A stretch of DNA of 64,000 nt from IMG/VR virus record IMGVR_UViG_3300044974_001280, positions 1 to 64,000 of that record; one strand, 5' to 3'. A program made the position numbers and the translations under genes. The notes under the pieces are model-generated. The model ran no database searches. It was not told the origin of the DNA and worked only from the letters and a program-made list of their open reading frames with translations. The first letter of the stretch is position 1; every line of letters starts with the position of its first letter. Positions 1-10,000 of this stretch are shown here, piece by piece.

Positions 1-642
1 GGTTCGTCCGGAACCTCTGGTTCGAGTGGATCAAGTGGATCTTCCGGATCTTCGGGTTCTTCTGGATCCTCGGGCTCTTCGGGTTCATCTGGAACTAGAG
101 GGACTTCTGGAACCTCTGGTTCGAGTGGATCAAGTGGATCTTCTGGATCTTCGGGTTCCTCCGGAACAAGAGGAACTTCTGGAACCTCTGGTTCAAGTGG
201 CTCTTCTGGATCATCAGGCTCGTCTGGATCTTCGGGTTCTTCTGGAACATCCGGCTCGAGTGGTTCTTCTGGATCAAGTGGATCTTCGGGATCATCAGGG
301 TCTTCTGGTTCTTCTGGATCGTCAGGTTCTTCAGGAACCTCTGGTTCGAGTGGATCAAGTGGATCATCAGGATCCTCTGGCTCTTCTGGATCTTCGGGCT
401 CTTCAGGTTCATCTGGAACTAGAGGGACTTCTGGAACCTCTGGCTCTTCAGGATCTTCAGGCTCTTCAGGATCATCTGGCTCTTCAGGTTCCTCAGGATC
501 TTCAGGTTCCTCTGGAACTAGAGGGACTTCTGGAACCTCTGGCTCTTCAGGTTCATCTGGCTCTTCAGGGTCTTCAGGCTCTTCAGGTTCATCAGGAACC
601 TCTGGCTCCTCTGGAACCTCTGGTTCATCAGGAACCTCTGGT
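1..642 (+). repeat. 9-bp-period Gly-X-Y repeat (about 71 triplets, X/Y almost all Ser/Thr)
   Basis: GGN codon every third codon, with register kept from 1 to 642. Confidence 0.95.
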
Positions 643-3600
643 GAATCTTTAACTATCAACGATAACATAGATAATTATGTTTTAACAGCAACGGGTTTAA
701 CTAATGTAATTCAAGGAGAATCCTTGTTAACATTTGATGGTTCACTACCATCTCCCTTTTTGAACGTAAATGGTGTACACGTTGGCCCAGGTGGTGGTAA
801 TTGTTCAACTAATATCGCTATTGGTGAGTGTTCTCTCTCAAGTAACACTACAGGAATTAAAAATGTTGCCGTCGGATTTGGAAGCCTTTATTCGAGTTCT
901 TTCGGAATTGCCAATGTTGCGGTAGGTTACACTGCCCTCTATAATTTTACATACCCTTCTGATTCTTCGACTGCTTCTTTGGCCGTTGGTTACAAAGCTC
1001 TTTGTTCTTCTACAAATGGTAGAAGTAACACTGCGGTTGGCACCAGATCTATGTTGTCAAATTCAACAGGAGAACGTAATACTGCTTTGGGGTCTGATTC
1101 CCTAATAAGTAACTTAACCGGGTGCTTTAACACAGCCGTAGGTTTTAAAAGTTTGTATAGCAACCTAGGAGGATCTGCTAATATAGCCATTGGTAATCAA
1201 TCTCAATATTCTAACATAAGCGGAAGCTCTAATGTTGCTATTGGCAATTCAGCTTTGTCTTCGAATGCCGGAAATGCTAATGTTGCTATCGGTCAATCCG
1301 CTTTATGCTCGCAGAATTTTGCCTCCGCCTCAAACACCGCCAATGTTGCAGTTGGATATTTTGCCATGGCCTTTAATACAACGGGAAGTGGTAACGTCGC
1401 CTTAGGTACCAGAGCTCTGTTGTGTAATACGACTGGAAATTTTAATACTGCGGTAGGAATCTCTGCTTTAGCAGCAAACAACACTGGTAAATACAACACA
1501 GCCTTGGGCAGATATTCTCTTCGGTGTAATACCTCAGGAAATTTCAATACAGCAGTAGGTTTAAATGCTCTTTTTGCTAACACAACAGGCGCAAGCAACA
1601 CCGCAGTAGGTATCAGTGCTCTTCGATGTAACACAATAGGCACATGCAACACCGCACTAGGTACATCTGCTCTTTATGATAACACAACAGGCTCAGACAA
1701 CACCGCAGTAGGTACAAATTCTCTTCGATTTAACACAACAGGCACAAACAACACCGCAGTAGGTACAAATTCTCTTCGATGTAACACAATAGGTATAAAC
1801 AACATCGCAGTAGGTTCAAGTGCTCTTTGTTTAAACACAACAGGCGTAAACAACACCGCAGTAGGTTATAATGCTCTTCGATGTAACACTTCTGGTTCTA
1901 GCAACACTGCAATAGGGACCAATTCTCTTTTGGTTAATGTAACCGGAAACTCCAACACAGCTCAAGGTTTTTATTCTCTAAGATCCAATACCACAGGGGG
2001 TAATAATACTGCAGTAGGAGCTAGCTCTCTTAGATGTAACATAACAGGAAAATATAACGTAGCAATTGGATCAGGTTCTCTTTGTTGTAATTTAACAACA
2101 AACGGGAGTGTTGCAATAGGTGTAAATGCTCTAAACTTAAACCTAGTTTCTTATAATACCGCCGTAGGTGCTTTTTCACAAAGGTGCACCTCTACAGGTA
2201 CGGAAAATGTTTCTGTAGGATCAAGCACTTTGTTCAATAACACGACTGGTTCAGGTAACACCGCAGTAGGTACAAATTCATTGTGTTCAAATGTATCCGG
2301 TTCAAACAACGTAGCAGTAGGTAGATCTTCTTTATTAACAAATACTACCGGCGGATTTAACACTGCTATTGGATTTGATGCATTAAGAAGTCAGAATTTT
2401 GGTTCAACCTCTACAACTGCCAATGTAGCAGTTGGTTATGGGGCGTTAAAAACAAATTCTACAGGCACAAATAATACAGCTATAGGTACACGTTCGCTGG
2501 AACAAAATGATGCTAATTTTAATACTGCGATAGGTGCATCCGCTCTTCGATGTAACACAACAGGAATACAAAATGTTGCTGTTGGGGCAGGTGTATTGCT
2601 TGTTAACACGGGAGGATGTAATAACTCTGCTGTGGGTTTCTATGCTCTAAGATCAAATACAACAGGAGCCCTTAACACCGCAGTAGGTCAACGTGCTCTT
2701 TATTGTAACACAACAGGCTTAAATAACACCGCAGTAGGTAGCTCTTCTTTATTAACAAATACTACCGGCGGATTTAACACTGCTATTGGATTCCATGCAT
2801 TAAGAAGTCAAAATTTTGGTTCAACCTCTACAACTGCCAATGTAGCAGTTGGTTACAGAGCTTTAACAGTTAATACCACTGGTTGTTGCAATACAGCCTT
2901 AGGTAATAGATCTTTTCAAGCTAATACAATTGGAAACACTAATGTGGCCGTAGGATCTGATAGTTTATTTTCCAGCGTTTCAGCTAACAATAATGTGGCA
3001 GTGGGTATCAATACCCTCCGTAGTAATCTATCGAACGGTAACTTGGTTGCCGTAGGAGCAAATGCCCTTTGTTGTAATTGTGCTGCTAATAATGTGGCCG
3101 TTGGAGCTTTTGCTATGAGATATACCACAACAGGAACAGGGGTAGCTATTGGGTTCCAGGCACTAAGAGATAATGTAACTGGTGCCAATAATGTTGCTAT
3201 CGGTGCTAACGCGATGCGAGATAACAAAGGAGCTAATAATAACGTAGCAGTTGGATATCAAGCTCTCTTTTGCACAACGGGTTCTTCGAACGTTGCACTT
3301 GGCTTTTGTTCTCTAAGAAATAACCAAATCGGGGTCCACAATGTAGGAATAGGCTGCAATGTACAACTTCAAAATATATCAGGAGATAGAAATATAGCTG
3401 TAGGTACACTATCTCTTTCTTGTAATACCACCGGTAACTCGAATGTGGCAATAGGCTATCAATCTTTAAGAAATTCAAACTTCGGTTCCATCTCCACTAC
3501 TGCCAACGTGGCCGTGGGTTACTGCTCATTGGCATGTAATTGTATCGGAAATTCTAATGTAGCAGTTGGAACGAGAACTCTTATTAGCAATCAAACAGGT

Positions 3601-4878
3601 TCTTTTAATACTGCCATTGGGGCAAACGCCCTGAGATCTTTTGCCCCGACCCTCCCTGACACTGTTGGCAACACCGCTGTTGGAGCTTTCGCCTTAGAAA
3701 TCACAACCACAGGAGAAGGAAACGTGGCGGTGGGAAGCAATGCCTTAGATTCGAACGTCGTCGGTAATTTCAATGTGGCCATCGGAACATTCACCTTGTC
3801 CAATCAAAACTTTGATTCTGCCTCCAACACCGCTAATGTGGCGGTGGGTTACAGAGCTTTGGACTCTAATACAACAGGATGCTGGAACACAGCTCTGGGT
3901 ACCCGAGCTCTTGCTTCCAACACAACGGGTTGCGGAAATACGGCGGTGGGTTTAATGTCGCTTTTATGTAACACTTTTGGTAGTTTCAATACTGCCGTTG
4001 GTAATTGTACTTTAATAAGTAACACCACCGGGATTTGGAACACTGCTGTTGGAATGTGTAGTCTCACATGCAACACAACTGGTTGTAACAACACCGCTAT
4101 TGGGGTTGGTGCTCTTTTCTGTAATACAGGAGGGAATAGGAATGTTGCTATCGGTATAAATTCTTTATACTTTAACACTACAGGTTGCGAAAACGTTGCA
4201 GTTGGAAGTTATTCTTTAAAATGTAATAATTCGGGCATTAACAACATTGCAATTGGGATCTCATCTTTATGCCAAAATGAAAATGGTTTCCAAAATATCG
4301 CAATTGGAAACACGTCTCTCTTTTCTAACACAATTGGCTATAGAAATACTGCAGTAGGAAACTTGACATTAGGTTGTAATGTTACTGGTCGAGGTAACAC
4401 AGCAATAGGTCATTCTGCTCTTGGATGTCAAAACACAGACACCACAGGTTCTAACGCCAACGTAGGGGTTGGTTATGGAGCTTTAGAGTGTAATATAACA
4501 GGGAAGTGCAACACAGTAGTAGGCACATTCGCGGGTAGATGTAATCTTGCCTCGGGTAACACTTTTGTGGGCATCATGGCCGGCGCATCTGGCGGCACGG
4601 GCGCTTGCAACACCGCTATTGGAGCATGTGCCATGAGCACTAACTTGACAGGCAGTAGCAACGTAGTGGTAGGATTTAACCAACAAGCATGCAACCGAGT
4701 AGGTGTTTCCATGATTGGAGTGGGTGACACAGCCACCGGTAACAACCAGATGAGATTTGGAAGTACCACAGTAAACAACGGAGAAGTGGTAATGACTCCG
4801 TTATCTGTAGAAGGTTACTGGAAAGTCTTCATAAACGGTACAGAATATTGTTTATTATTACATTCAGGAGGGGTCTAA
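1..4878 (+). CDS. Large fibre/adhesin-like protein (5' partial): collagen-like G-S-S/G-T-S region followed by a long NTAVG beta-roll repeat domain; probable tail or head fibre
   Basis: Frame +1 is open from base 1 (GSSGTSGSS...) through GESLTINDNIDNYVLTATG into the track's 724..4878 ORF, so the true CDS starts before the window. It carries dozens of N(T/V)A(V/I)G repeats. Confidence 0.85.
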   Translation, partial: GSSGTSGSSGSSGSSGSSGSSGSSGSSGSSGTRGTSGTSGSSGSSGSSGSSGSSGTRGTSGTSGSSGSSGSSGSSGSSGSSGTSGSSGSSGSSGSSGSSGSSGSSGSSGSSGTSGSSGSSGSSGSSGSSGSSGSSGSSGTRGTSGTSGSSGSSGSSGSSGSSGSSGSSGSSGTRGTSGTSGSSGSSGSSGSSGSSGSSGTSGSSGTSGSSGTSGESLTINDNIDNYVLTATGLTNVIQGESLLTFDGSLPSPFLNVNGVHVGPGGGNCSTNIAIGECSLSSNTTGIKNVAVGFGSLYSSSFGIANVAVGYTALYNFTYPSDSSTASLAVGYKALCSSTNGRSNTAVGTRSMLSNSTGERNTALGSDSLISNLTGCFNTAVGFKSLYSNLGGSANIAIGNQSQYSNISGSSNVAIGNSALSSNAGNANVAIGQSALCSQNFASASNTANVAVGYFAMAFNTTGSGNVALGTRALLCNTTGNFNTAVGISALAANNTGKYNTALGRYSLRCNTSGNFNTAVGLNALFANTTGASNTAVGISALRCNTIGTCNTALGTSALYDNTTGSDNTAVGTNSLRFNTTGTNNTAVGTNSLRCNTIGINNIAVGSSALCLNTTGVNNTAVGYNALRCNTSGSSNTAIGTNSLLVNVTGNSNTAQGFYSLRSNTTGGNNTAVGASSLRCNITGKYNVAIGSGSLCCNLTTNGSVAIGVNALNLNLVSYNTAVGAFSQRCTSTGTENVSVGSSTLFNNTTGSGNTAVGTNSLCSNVSGSNNVAVGRSSLLTNTTGGFNTAIGFDALRSQNFGSTSTTANVAVGYGALKTNSTGTNNTAIGTRSLEQNDANFNTAIGASALRCNTTGIQNVAVGAGVLLVNTGGCNNSAVGFYALRSNTTGALNTAVGQRALYCNTTGLNNTAVGSSSLLTNTTGGFNTAIGFHALRSQNFGSTSTTANVAVGYRALTVNTTGCCNTALGNRSFQANTIGNTNVAVGSDSLFSSVSANNNVAVGINTLRSNLSNGNLVAVGANALCCNCAANNVAVGAFAMRYTTTGTGVAIGFQALRDNVTGANNVAIGANAMRDNKGANNNVAVGYQALFCTTGSSNVALGFCSLRNNQIGVHNVGIGCNVQLQNISGDRNIAVGTLSLSCNTTGNSNVAIGYQSLRNSNFGSISTTANVAVGYCSLACNCIGNSNVAVGTRTLISNQTGSFNTAIGANALRSFAPTLPDTVGNTAVGAFALEITTTGEGNVAVGSNALDSNVVGNFNVAIGTFTLSNQNFDSASNTANVAVGYRALDSNTTGCWNTALGTRALASNTTGCGNTAVGLMSLLCNTFGSFNTAVGNCTLISNTTGIWNTAVGMCSLTCNTTGCNNTAIGVGALFCNTGGNRNVAIGINSLYFNTTGCENVAVGSYSLKCNNSGINNIAIGISSLCQNENGFQNIAIGNTSLFSNTIGYRNTAVGNLTLGCNVTGRGNTAIGHSALGCQNTDTTGSNANVGVGYGALECNITGKCNTVVGTFAGRCNLASGNTFVGIMAGASGGTGACNTAIGACAMSTNLTGSSNVVVGFNQQACNRVGVSMIGVGDTATGNNQMRFGSTTVNNGEVVMTPLSVEGYWKVFINGTEYCLLLHSGGV
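1579..1884 (+). repeat. Six tandem 51-bp (17 aa) units of the fibre beta-roll
   Basis: Units of type aacacaacaggcNNNNNCaacaccgcagtaggt...ctctt start at 1579, 1630, 1681, 1732, 1783 and 1834. Confidence 0.9.
2314..2855 (+). repeat. 125-bp near-identical direct repeat (2314-2438 and 2731-2855)
   Basis: Manual alignment shows 4 mismatches; both copies encode SSLLTNTTGGFNTAIGF.ALRSQNFGSTSTTANVAVGY. Confidence 0.9.
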
Positions 4879-4909
4879 AAATTAACTTAACAAAATACTT
4901 GAAGTTGAA

Positions 4910-4937
4910 GGAACACTCTTGATTAATTGAGATAAAA
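4910..4937 (+). promoter_or_regulatory. Putative ECF-sigma (middle) promoter for the glycosylation cluster
   Basis: GGAAC-N17-ATAAAA, the same layout as 7 other intergenic sites. Confidence 0.55.
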
Positions 4938-4942
4938 AAAAG

Positions 4943-5599
4943 GTGAAAAAAGTACTCATCGGAACCCCATCCTACGACGGTCGAATTGACACCTGGTTTG
5001 CAGATTCTCTAGTAAGAACTATTAAACAGGCAGACCCCAAACTGATAAACATTCACGCCATTTATCCTTCATATGATTCTCTGGTCCAAAGGGCTAGAAA
5101 CGATCTGGTCAGAATGGCAATGGATGGTGGCTATGACACCCTCTTTTTTATTGATTCCGATGTGGAGTGGGAACCCGAATGGTTTTTTAGATTTTTGGCC
5201 AGACCTGAACCGATCGTGGGAGCAGCCTTGATCAAAAAATCTGATCAAGAGTCCTATACGGTCAAGATCATAAAAAAGAATCTGACCAAATCCGAGGATG
5301 ATGTATTAGTTCAGGTAGATGGTTTAGGAACAGGTTTTCTAAAGGTGGACCGATTTGCCTTGGAAAAACTCTGGTTGATGAGTGAACCTTACGTCCACGA
5401 CGGAGTTCCCAATCGGATGGTTTTTGATTTGAAGATTGTGGATGGTGATTTGATCTCCGAGGATTACGTCATGTGCCACAAATGGCAAAGTTTAGGCTAC
5501 AAAGTGTGGCTGGATCCTAGCATCACCATCAATCACAACGGGGTGAAAAAATATCAAGGCAACTTGTCCTCCTTCCTTCAAAGAAATGGCTATGTTTGA
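4943..5599 (+). CDS. GT-A fold glycosyltransferase (GT2-like)
   Basis: IGTPSY start, RARN, FFIDSD (DxD), GTGF and SEDY motifs. Confidence 0.8.
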   Translation: MKKVLIGTPSYDGRIDTWFADSLVRTIKQADPKLINIHAIYPSYDSLVQRARNDLVRMAMDGGYDTLFFIDSDVEWEPEWFFRFLARPEPIVGAALIKKSDQESYTVKIIKKNLTKSEDDVLVQVDGLGTGFLKVDRFALEKLWLMSEPYVHDGVPNRMVFDLKIVDGDLISEDYVMCHKWQSLGYKVWLDPSITINHNGVKKYQGNLSSFLQRNGYV

Positions 5600-6512
5600 A
5601 AAACCTATGGGTGGCACCGAACTGATGTTCGAAGAATTGAAAAGAAGATTACCTGATTCTGTTTGGGGTAATTACTCCATTTTTAATTATCTTCCCCAAG
5701 CTGATTTTACCAAAAAGACTATTTACTGGAATCAGCTTTCCTGGGATCAACAGGCGGTTCAATTTCTAAAGGATCGGGATCTGGTGGAAAAAATAGATCA
5801 TTTCGTCTTCGTCAGCCACTGGCAGGCGGAGCAATTCAGACAGAGGTACAATATTCCTGGTTATAAGACCCATGTCCTAAAGAATGCCTCTCTCGGAGTG
5901 GAAACCAGACCTGTAGGTCCCCGATCTATCGTCAAATTGTGTTACACTTCCACCCCTTGGAGAGGACTAAATGTTCTTCTGCGAGCCTGGGAAATACTTC
6001 AGCCCCAGAATTGTGAACTCCACGTCTTTTCTTCCTGCCACATTTACGGTCCAGAATTCGGTAAATCTGATGCCCAATACGCAACCTTATACGAAAAGTG
6101 CCGAACCACTCCTGGTATAGTTTATAGGGGCTCTATTCCCAATCCACAGCTAAGAGGGGAGTTACCGAATTTCGATCTGTTGGCCTACCCCTGTACCTTC
6201 GAGGAAACCTCCTGTATCGCCGTCATTGAATCTCTATCCGCCGGTTTAAGGGTTGTTTGTTCCAACCTGGGTGCCCTGCCTGAAACAACAGAGGGCTGGG
6301 CTCGGCTGTACCCTTATCTCATGGATCCCGAAACCCACGCCCGCAGATTTTCAAAAATTCTGAGTTCAGAAATAGAAAAGGTCAGAGACGGCGGTTGGGA
6401 TTCTTCTTTACAAGCTGTCCATTATTCTCGGGGTTGGAGTTGGGACGAGAGAATAAAAGAATGGGTCGATTTTTTTCATCAATTGGCGAATGAACTGGAC
6501 GAAAATTTTTGA
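5586..6512 (+). CDS. GT-B glycosyltransferase (GT4-like); may start at 5592
   Basis: GGTE, FVSHWQ, YTSTPWRGL and YPCTFEETSCIAVIES (EX7E) motifs. Confidence 0.85.
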   Translation: MAMFEKPMGGTELMFEELKRRLPDSVWGNYSIFNYLPQADFTKKTIYWNQLSWDQQAVQFLKDRDLVEKIDHFVFVSHWQAEQFRQRYNIPGYKTHVLKNASLGVETRPVGPRSIVKLCYTSTPWRGLNVLLRAWEILQPQNCELHVFSSCHIYGPEFGKSDAQYATLYEKCRTTPGIVYRGSIPNPQLRGELPNFDLLAYPCTFEETSCIAVIESLSAGLRVVCSNLGALPETTEGWARLYPYLMDPETHARRFSKILSSEIEKVRDGGWDSSLQAVHYSRGWSWDERIKEWVDFFHQLANELDENF

Positions 6513-7104
6513 AAAAATTCAACCTCAGACCTTTTTGGACATTGGAGCCAACGAAGGTAATTTTACCTCTACCCTTTTAAAATTTTATCCTGACTGCAAG
6601 TGTCTGATGGTAGAGCCCAACCCAGCTTGCCGTCCCTTCTTAGTTTCGATCGGTCACCCTTTTGAGATCGTTGCTGTTTCTGGCTCTAACGGTAAGGGTC
6701 TTCTTCATGTTGAAAACTCTAACTCTTTGGCAACAGGTGCTTCTTTGTACAAAGAAAACACTCAATTTTATGCCCCAGGAAAATCACACCAGACAGAAGT
6801 TCAATTGATTACCTTGGATTCTTTGAACCCTTTTCCTAACACCGAGATAGATCTCATTAAGATTGACACACAAGGGTCTGAATTGGACATTTTAAAGGGC
6901 GGGAAACTAACGATTCAACGCACAAAATTTCTCTTGCTGGAAGTATCTCTCTTAGAATATAATTTAAATGCTCCTTTGATAGATGAAGTTCTTGATTGGA
7001 CTTCTGCACACAATTTTAACTTATGTGAGATTGTAAATTATCACCGGCTAGCTAATAATCAAATATTTCAGCTAGATGTTTTATTGATGAGATCTAGCAT
7101 CTGA
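6490..7104 (+). CDS. FkbM-family SAM methyltransferase
   Basis: LDIGANEG, VEPNP and IKIDTQGSELDIL motifs. Confidence 0.9.
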   Translation: MNWTKIFEKIQPQTFLDIGANEGNFTSTLLKFYPDCKCLMVEPNPACRPFLVSIGHPFEIVAVSGSNGKGLLHVENSNSLATGASLYKENTQFYAPGKSHQTEVQLITLDSLNPFPNTEIDLIKIDTQGSELDILKGGKLTIQRTKFLLLEVSLLEYNLNAPLIDEVLDWTSAHNFNLCEIVNYHRLANNQIFQLDVLLMRSSI

Positions 7105-7115
7105 CCTGATATCTT

Positions 7116-7268
7116 GTGATTTACAATTTTAAATATTCCAACTACAATTCAAGGGGAGCAGTAATTGACTATCTAAAAGAAAACAATTTCGGCCGATCTA
7201 TAGACGTTGGAGCTTCCATGAATGGCTGGTCAAAAGATTTCACGACTCATTATGATGTATCCTGGTAA
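7116..7268 (+). pseudogene. 50 aa ORF, probable truncated class I methyltransferase fragment
   Basis: GTG..TAA encodes MIYNFKYSNYNSRGAVIDYLKENNFGRSIDVGASMNGWSKDFTTHYDVSW; IDVGAS resembles SAM motif I. Confidence 0.45.
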
Positions 7269-7303
7269 ATGATGATTTAGATTAAGAAACAATTCTAATT
7301 TTT

Positions 7304-7311
7304 GATATATA
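7304..7311 (+). promoter_or_regulatory. Putative late promoter GATATATA
   Basis: Recurrent motif, 16 nt upstream of the ATG. Confidence 0.7.
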
Positions 7312-7327
7312 GTAACAAAATAATCTT

Positions 7328-7684
7328 ATGGCAAATACACTTTTGTTTGGAAAAATAAGTCCTGTTTTGAGTGTACCACAACAAGCAAATCAATTCAGTC
7401 AAAATATCACTTTTTTAACGGCCGATTATATGGCCGCTATCGCTGATCCATATCCTCTCGGAGCGACACAAGTCAACTTTTCTGTCCTATACGGTAACTG
7501 TCAGTTCAATGAATCTAACGAAATTATAGGATTTACGACCCTCTCTAGATCTGGGATCAATCTATCAGGTTCAGTGATCCAAAGCTGGGGTGTTGATGAC
7601 AAGGTTGTTCTAAATGCTATTGCATCTGCTCAAGGAACATCTATAGTTTCGACCCAAATTGGAACAGTGGATTCTTTTTTCTAG
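7328..7684 (+). CDS. Hypothetical protein, possibly fibre-associated or virion
   Basis: Clean ORF behind a late motif; no family recognised. Confidence 0.6.
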   Translation: MANTLLFGKISPVLSVPQQANQFSQNITFLTADYMAAIADPYPLGATQVNFSVLYGNCQFNESNEIIGFTTLSRSGINLSGSVIQSWGVDDKVVLNAIASAQGTSIVSTQIGTVDSFF

Positions 7685-7704
7685 TTTTTTTAAATTTCTG
7701 ACCT

Positions 7705-8526
7705 TTGGTTCAAAAAATCTTTTACAACAGTTCAATGCCCAGAGCAGGGTCTACTCTGATCCAAAATATACTGGGTCAGAATCCTCTTATTTACCCAACT
7801 CCAACCTCTGGTGTTTTCGAGATGCTCGCCGGGGCTAGAACAATTTTCACAGATGGTATAGAATTTAAAGCTCAATCGGAACAGGAAATGCTGGAGGGGT
7901 TTAAAGGATTCTTGAAAGGGGGACTTTATGGATTCTATAACAATATTACAGATAAACCTTACGTGATGGAAAAGTGTCGGGGCTGGAATTCGGAATGGGA
8001 GTTTGTGAATGCCTTCGATCCCAATCCAAAGATGATCTGTATGATTAGGGATATTAGGGCGGTCTATGCTTCTTTAGAAAAGAAATTCAGACAACATCCC
8101 CTTTTGGATCATCATCTAGCCAACTGGGGTAATTTGTCTGGAACTACCACCGATAAAAGGATCCAGGTTTGGTCGACTTCTCCGCCTATTGGTCCTTCCA
8201 TGGATAGAATCTACCAAGTTTTGGTCCAAGGGTTGCACGAAAAAATTCTGTTTGTTAAATTTGAAGATCTCTGTCGGGATCCAGAGTTTCAGATGAAAAG
8301 AATTTATGAATATCTCGATCTTGAATTTTTTCATCATGATTTTTACAACATTCCACAAATAACCAAAGAAGACGACCGGTGGTACGGTATTTTTGGAGAT
8401 CACGTCATTAGAAAGGAATTAAAGCCAGTGAGGGATGATTTCAGAGAAGTTTTAGGAACTAATGCCTGTAAATTAATTGAGGACAGCTATGCCTGGTTTT
8501 TTAACGATTTCGAATATCAAAGATGA
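7705..8526 (+). CDS. PAPS-dependent sulfotransferase
   Basis: 5'-PSB loop SMPRAGSTL, 3'-PB motif IRDIRAVYAS, and KFEDLCRDP. Confidence 0.9.
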   Translation: MVQKIFYNSSMPRAGSTLIQNILGQNPLIYPTPTSGVFEMLAGARTIFTDGIEFKAQSEQEMLEGFKGFLKGGLYGFYNNITDKPYVMEKCRGWNSEWEFVNAFDPNPKMICMIRDIRAVYASLEKKFRQHPLLDHHLANWGNLSGTTTDKRIQVWSTSPPIGPSMDRIYQVLVQGLHEKILFVKFEDLCRDPEFQMKRIYEYLDLEFFHHDFYNIPQITKEDDRWYGIFGDHVIRKELKPVRDDFREVLGTNACKLIEDSYAWFFNDFEYQR

Positions 8527-9542
8527 AGGTAGGATATAAAACTTCTTCTGAAATCCAGATCTCTCCCGAGCAAAAAGGAGAGATGAATTTACCCAAAGCG
8601 ACTGCCCGTAATTCAGACACAATAGTATCAATAATCACACAACAACAACAGTCCATGGAACATAAATATTTAGTTTGGCACATCGAAGGAGGTTTGGGTA
8701 AAAATGTTGCGGCTACTTCTCTTCTTTTACCCCTGGTAGAGAGATATCCCGAGAGAAAAATAATTGTGGTGGCTTCTTACCCTGAGGTTTTTTTAAACAA
8801 TCCGAACATCTATCGAGTTTATCGAGTTGGTATGACACCGTATTTTTATGACGATTACATTTTGGGTAAGGACACTTTAGTTTTTCGGCAAGAGCCTTAT
8901 TTTCAAAGCGGGCATATTCTGAAACAGAAACATCTGATTCAAAATTGGGCGGATCTTCTAGGATTAGATCTGGTTCAAAATCCTCTGCCTGATTTGAGAT
9001 TTAATATGGTTCAAAGCCAATTAACGAGCAATTGGAAAAGGGAAAGACCCATCTGTCTTATTCAAACAAACGGAGGACCCTTAGAAAATCAAGCCTACAC
9101 CTATGCCTGGACCCGAGATATTCCTATCGATTGGGCAATCTATCTGGCCAACAAGCTTTCCGACGTGTACCACATCATACAGGTCACTAGACCAGGTTCT
9201 CCTCAAATTCCCGGAGCTGAAGTGATTACTTCTCACTTGACCTCCTCTGATCTTTTTTCGCTCCTCAAAATGTCGGAAAAAAGAATTCTGATCGATTCTT
9301 GTCTCCAGCACGCCGCGGCAGCCTTCGGACTTCATGCTTTTGTTTTTTGGATAGGAACATCACCTGAGAACTTTGGTTACGGCTTGCATACTAACATCAA
9401 AGCCCTCCCACCTACAGGACAAACAAAGATGGTGGACTCTTATCTCTTCGATTATTCTTTTGACGGCGTTCTACACGAATGCCCCTATCAAAACGTGAAT
9501 GATATGTTTGATCCCACCCACTTAGAACAGATCTTTGTATGA
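8523..9542 (+). CDS. GT9-like (heptosyltransferase-fold) glycosyltransferase
   Basis: GGLGK N-terminal loop, EVFLNNP and IDSCLQHAAAA motifs. Confidence 0.7.
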   Translation: MKVGYKTSSEIQISPEQKGEMNLPKATARNSDTIVSIITQQQQSMEHKYLVWHIEGGLGKNVAATSLLLPLVERYPERKIIVVASYPEVFLNNPNIYRVYRVGMTPYFYDDYILGKDTLVFRQEPYFQSGHILKQKHLIQNWADLLGLDLVQNPLPDLRFNMVQSQLTSNWKRERPICLIQTNGGPLENQAYTYAWTRDIPIDWAIYLANKLSDVYHIIQVTRPGSPQIPGAEVITSHLTSSDLFSLLKMSEKRILIDSCLQHAAAAFGLHAFVFWIGTSPENFGYGLHTNIKALPPTGQTKMVDSYLFDYSFDGVLHECPYQNVNDMFDPTHLEQIFV

Positions 9543-10000
9543 TCTATTGGTTTACCGGTCAGCCGGGGGCTGGAAAAACAACCCTGGCCAAAGCTTTGAA
9601 GGAGACTTTGGAAATGCAAAACTCGAAAGAGGTAATGCACATTGATGGGGATGATATTCGATCCATCTTTAACAACACAGATTACAGCAGAGCTGGACGA
9701 GAAAAAAACATTCAATTAGCTCAACAGATTTCTCATTTTTTATCTATCAAGGGTCTGGATGTTGTGGTTAGTCTGGTGTCACCTTATTTGGAACAGAGAG
9801 AAGAGTTCAAAAAAAGGATGGGCTCCTCCTTGCAAGAAATTTACGTGCACACAACTGAAATCAGAGGCAGAGAAAAATTCCACGTCGAAGACTACGAAAA
9901 ACCTGAAACTAATTTTATTGAAGTAGATACTACTAATACTTCTATCATCTCAAGTCTAAATCAATTCTATGACCAAAAAATTTTCCCTTTTCATCGGTAG
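9539..10000 (+). CDS. cysC: Adenylyl-sulfate (APS) kinase, compact form
   Basis: WFTGQPGAGKTT, IDGDDIR, DYSRAGREKNI, VSPY and YEKP motifs. Confidence 0.9.
   Translation: MIYWFTGQPGAGKTTLAKALKETLEMQNSKEVMHIDGDDIRSIFNNTDYSRAGREKNIQLAQQISHFLSIKGLDVVVSLVSPYLEQREEFKKRMGSSLQEIYVHTTEIRGREKFHVEDYEKPETNFIEVDTTNTSIISSLNQFYDQKIFPFHR

Noticed and set aside
26-652. 208 aa Leu/Gln/Asp ORF in frame +2 and the 95..412 minus-strand ORF
   Set aside because: These are shadow frames of the G-S-S repeat; frame +1 runs on into the fibre gene.
2314-2855. 125-bp repeat pair as a DGR template/variable repeat
   Set aside because: Mismatches are not adenine-specific, both copies are in-frame coding, and there is no reverse transcriptase in the window.
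990-4778. Many minus-strand PTAVL-repeat ORFs
   Set aside because: They are antisense shadows of the NTAVG repeats.
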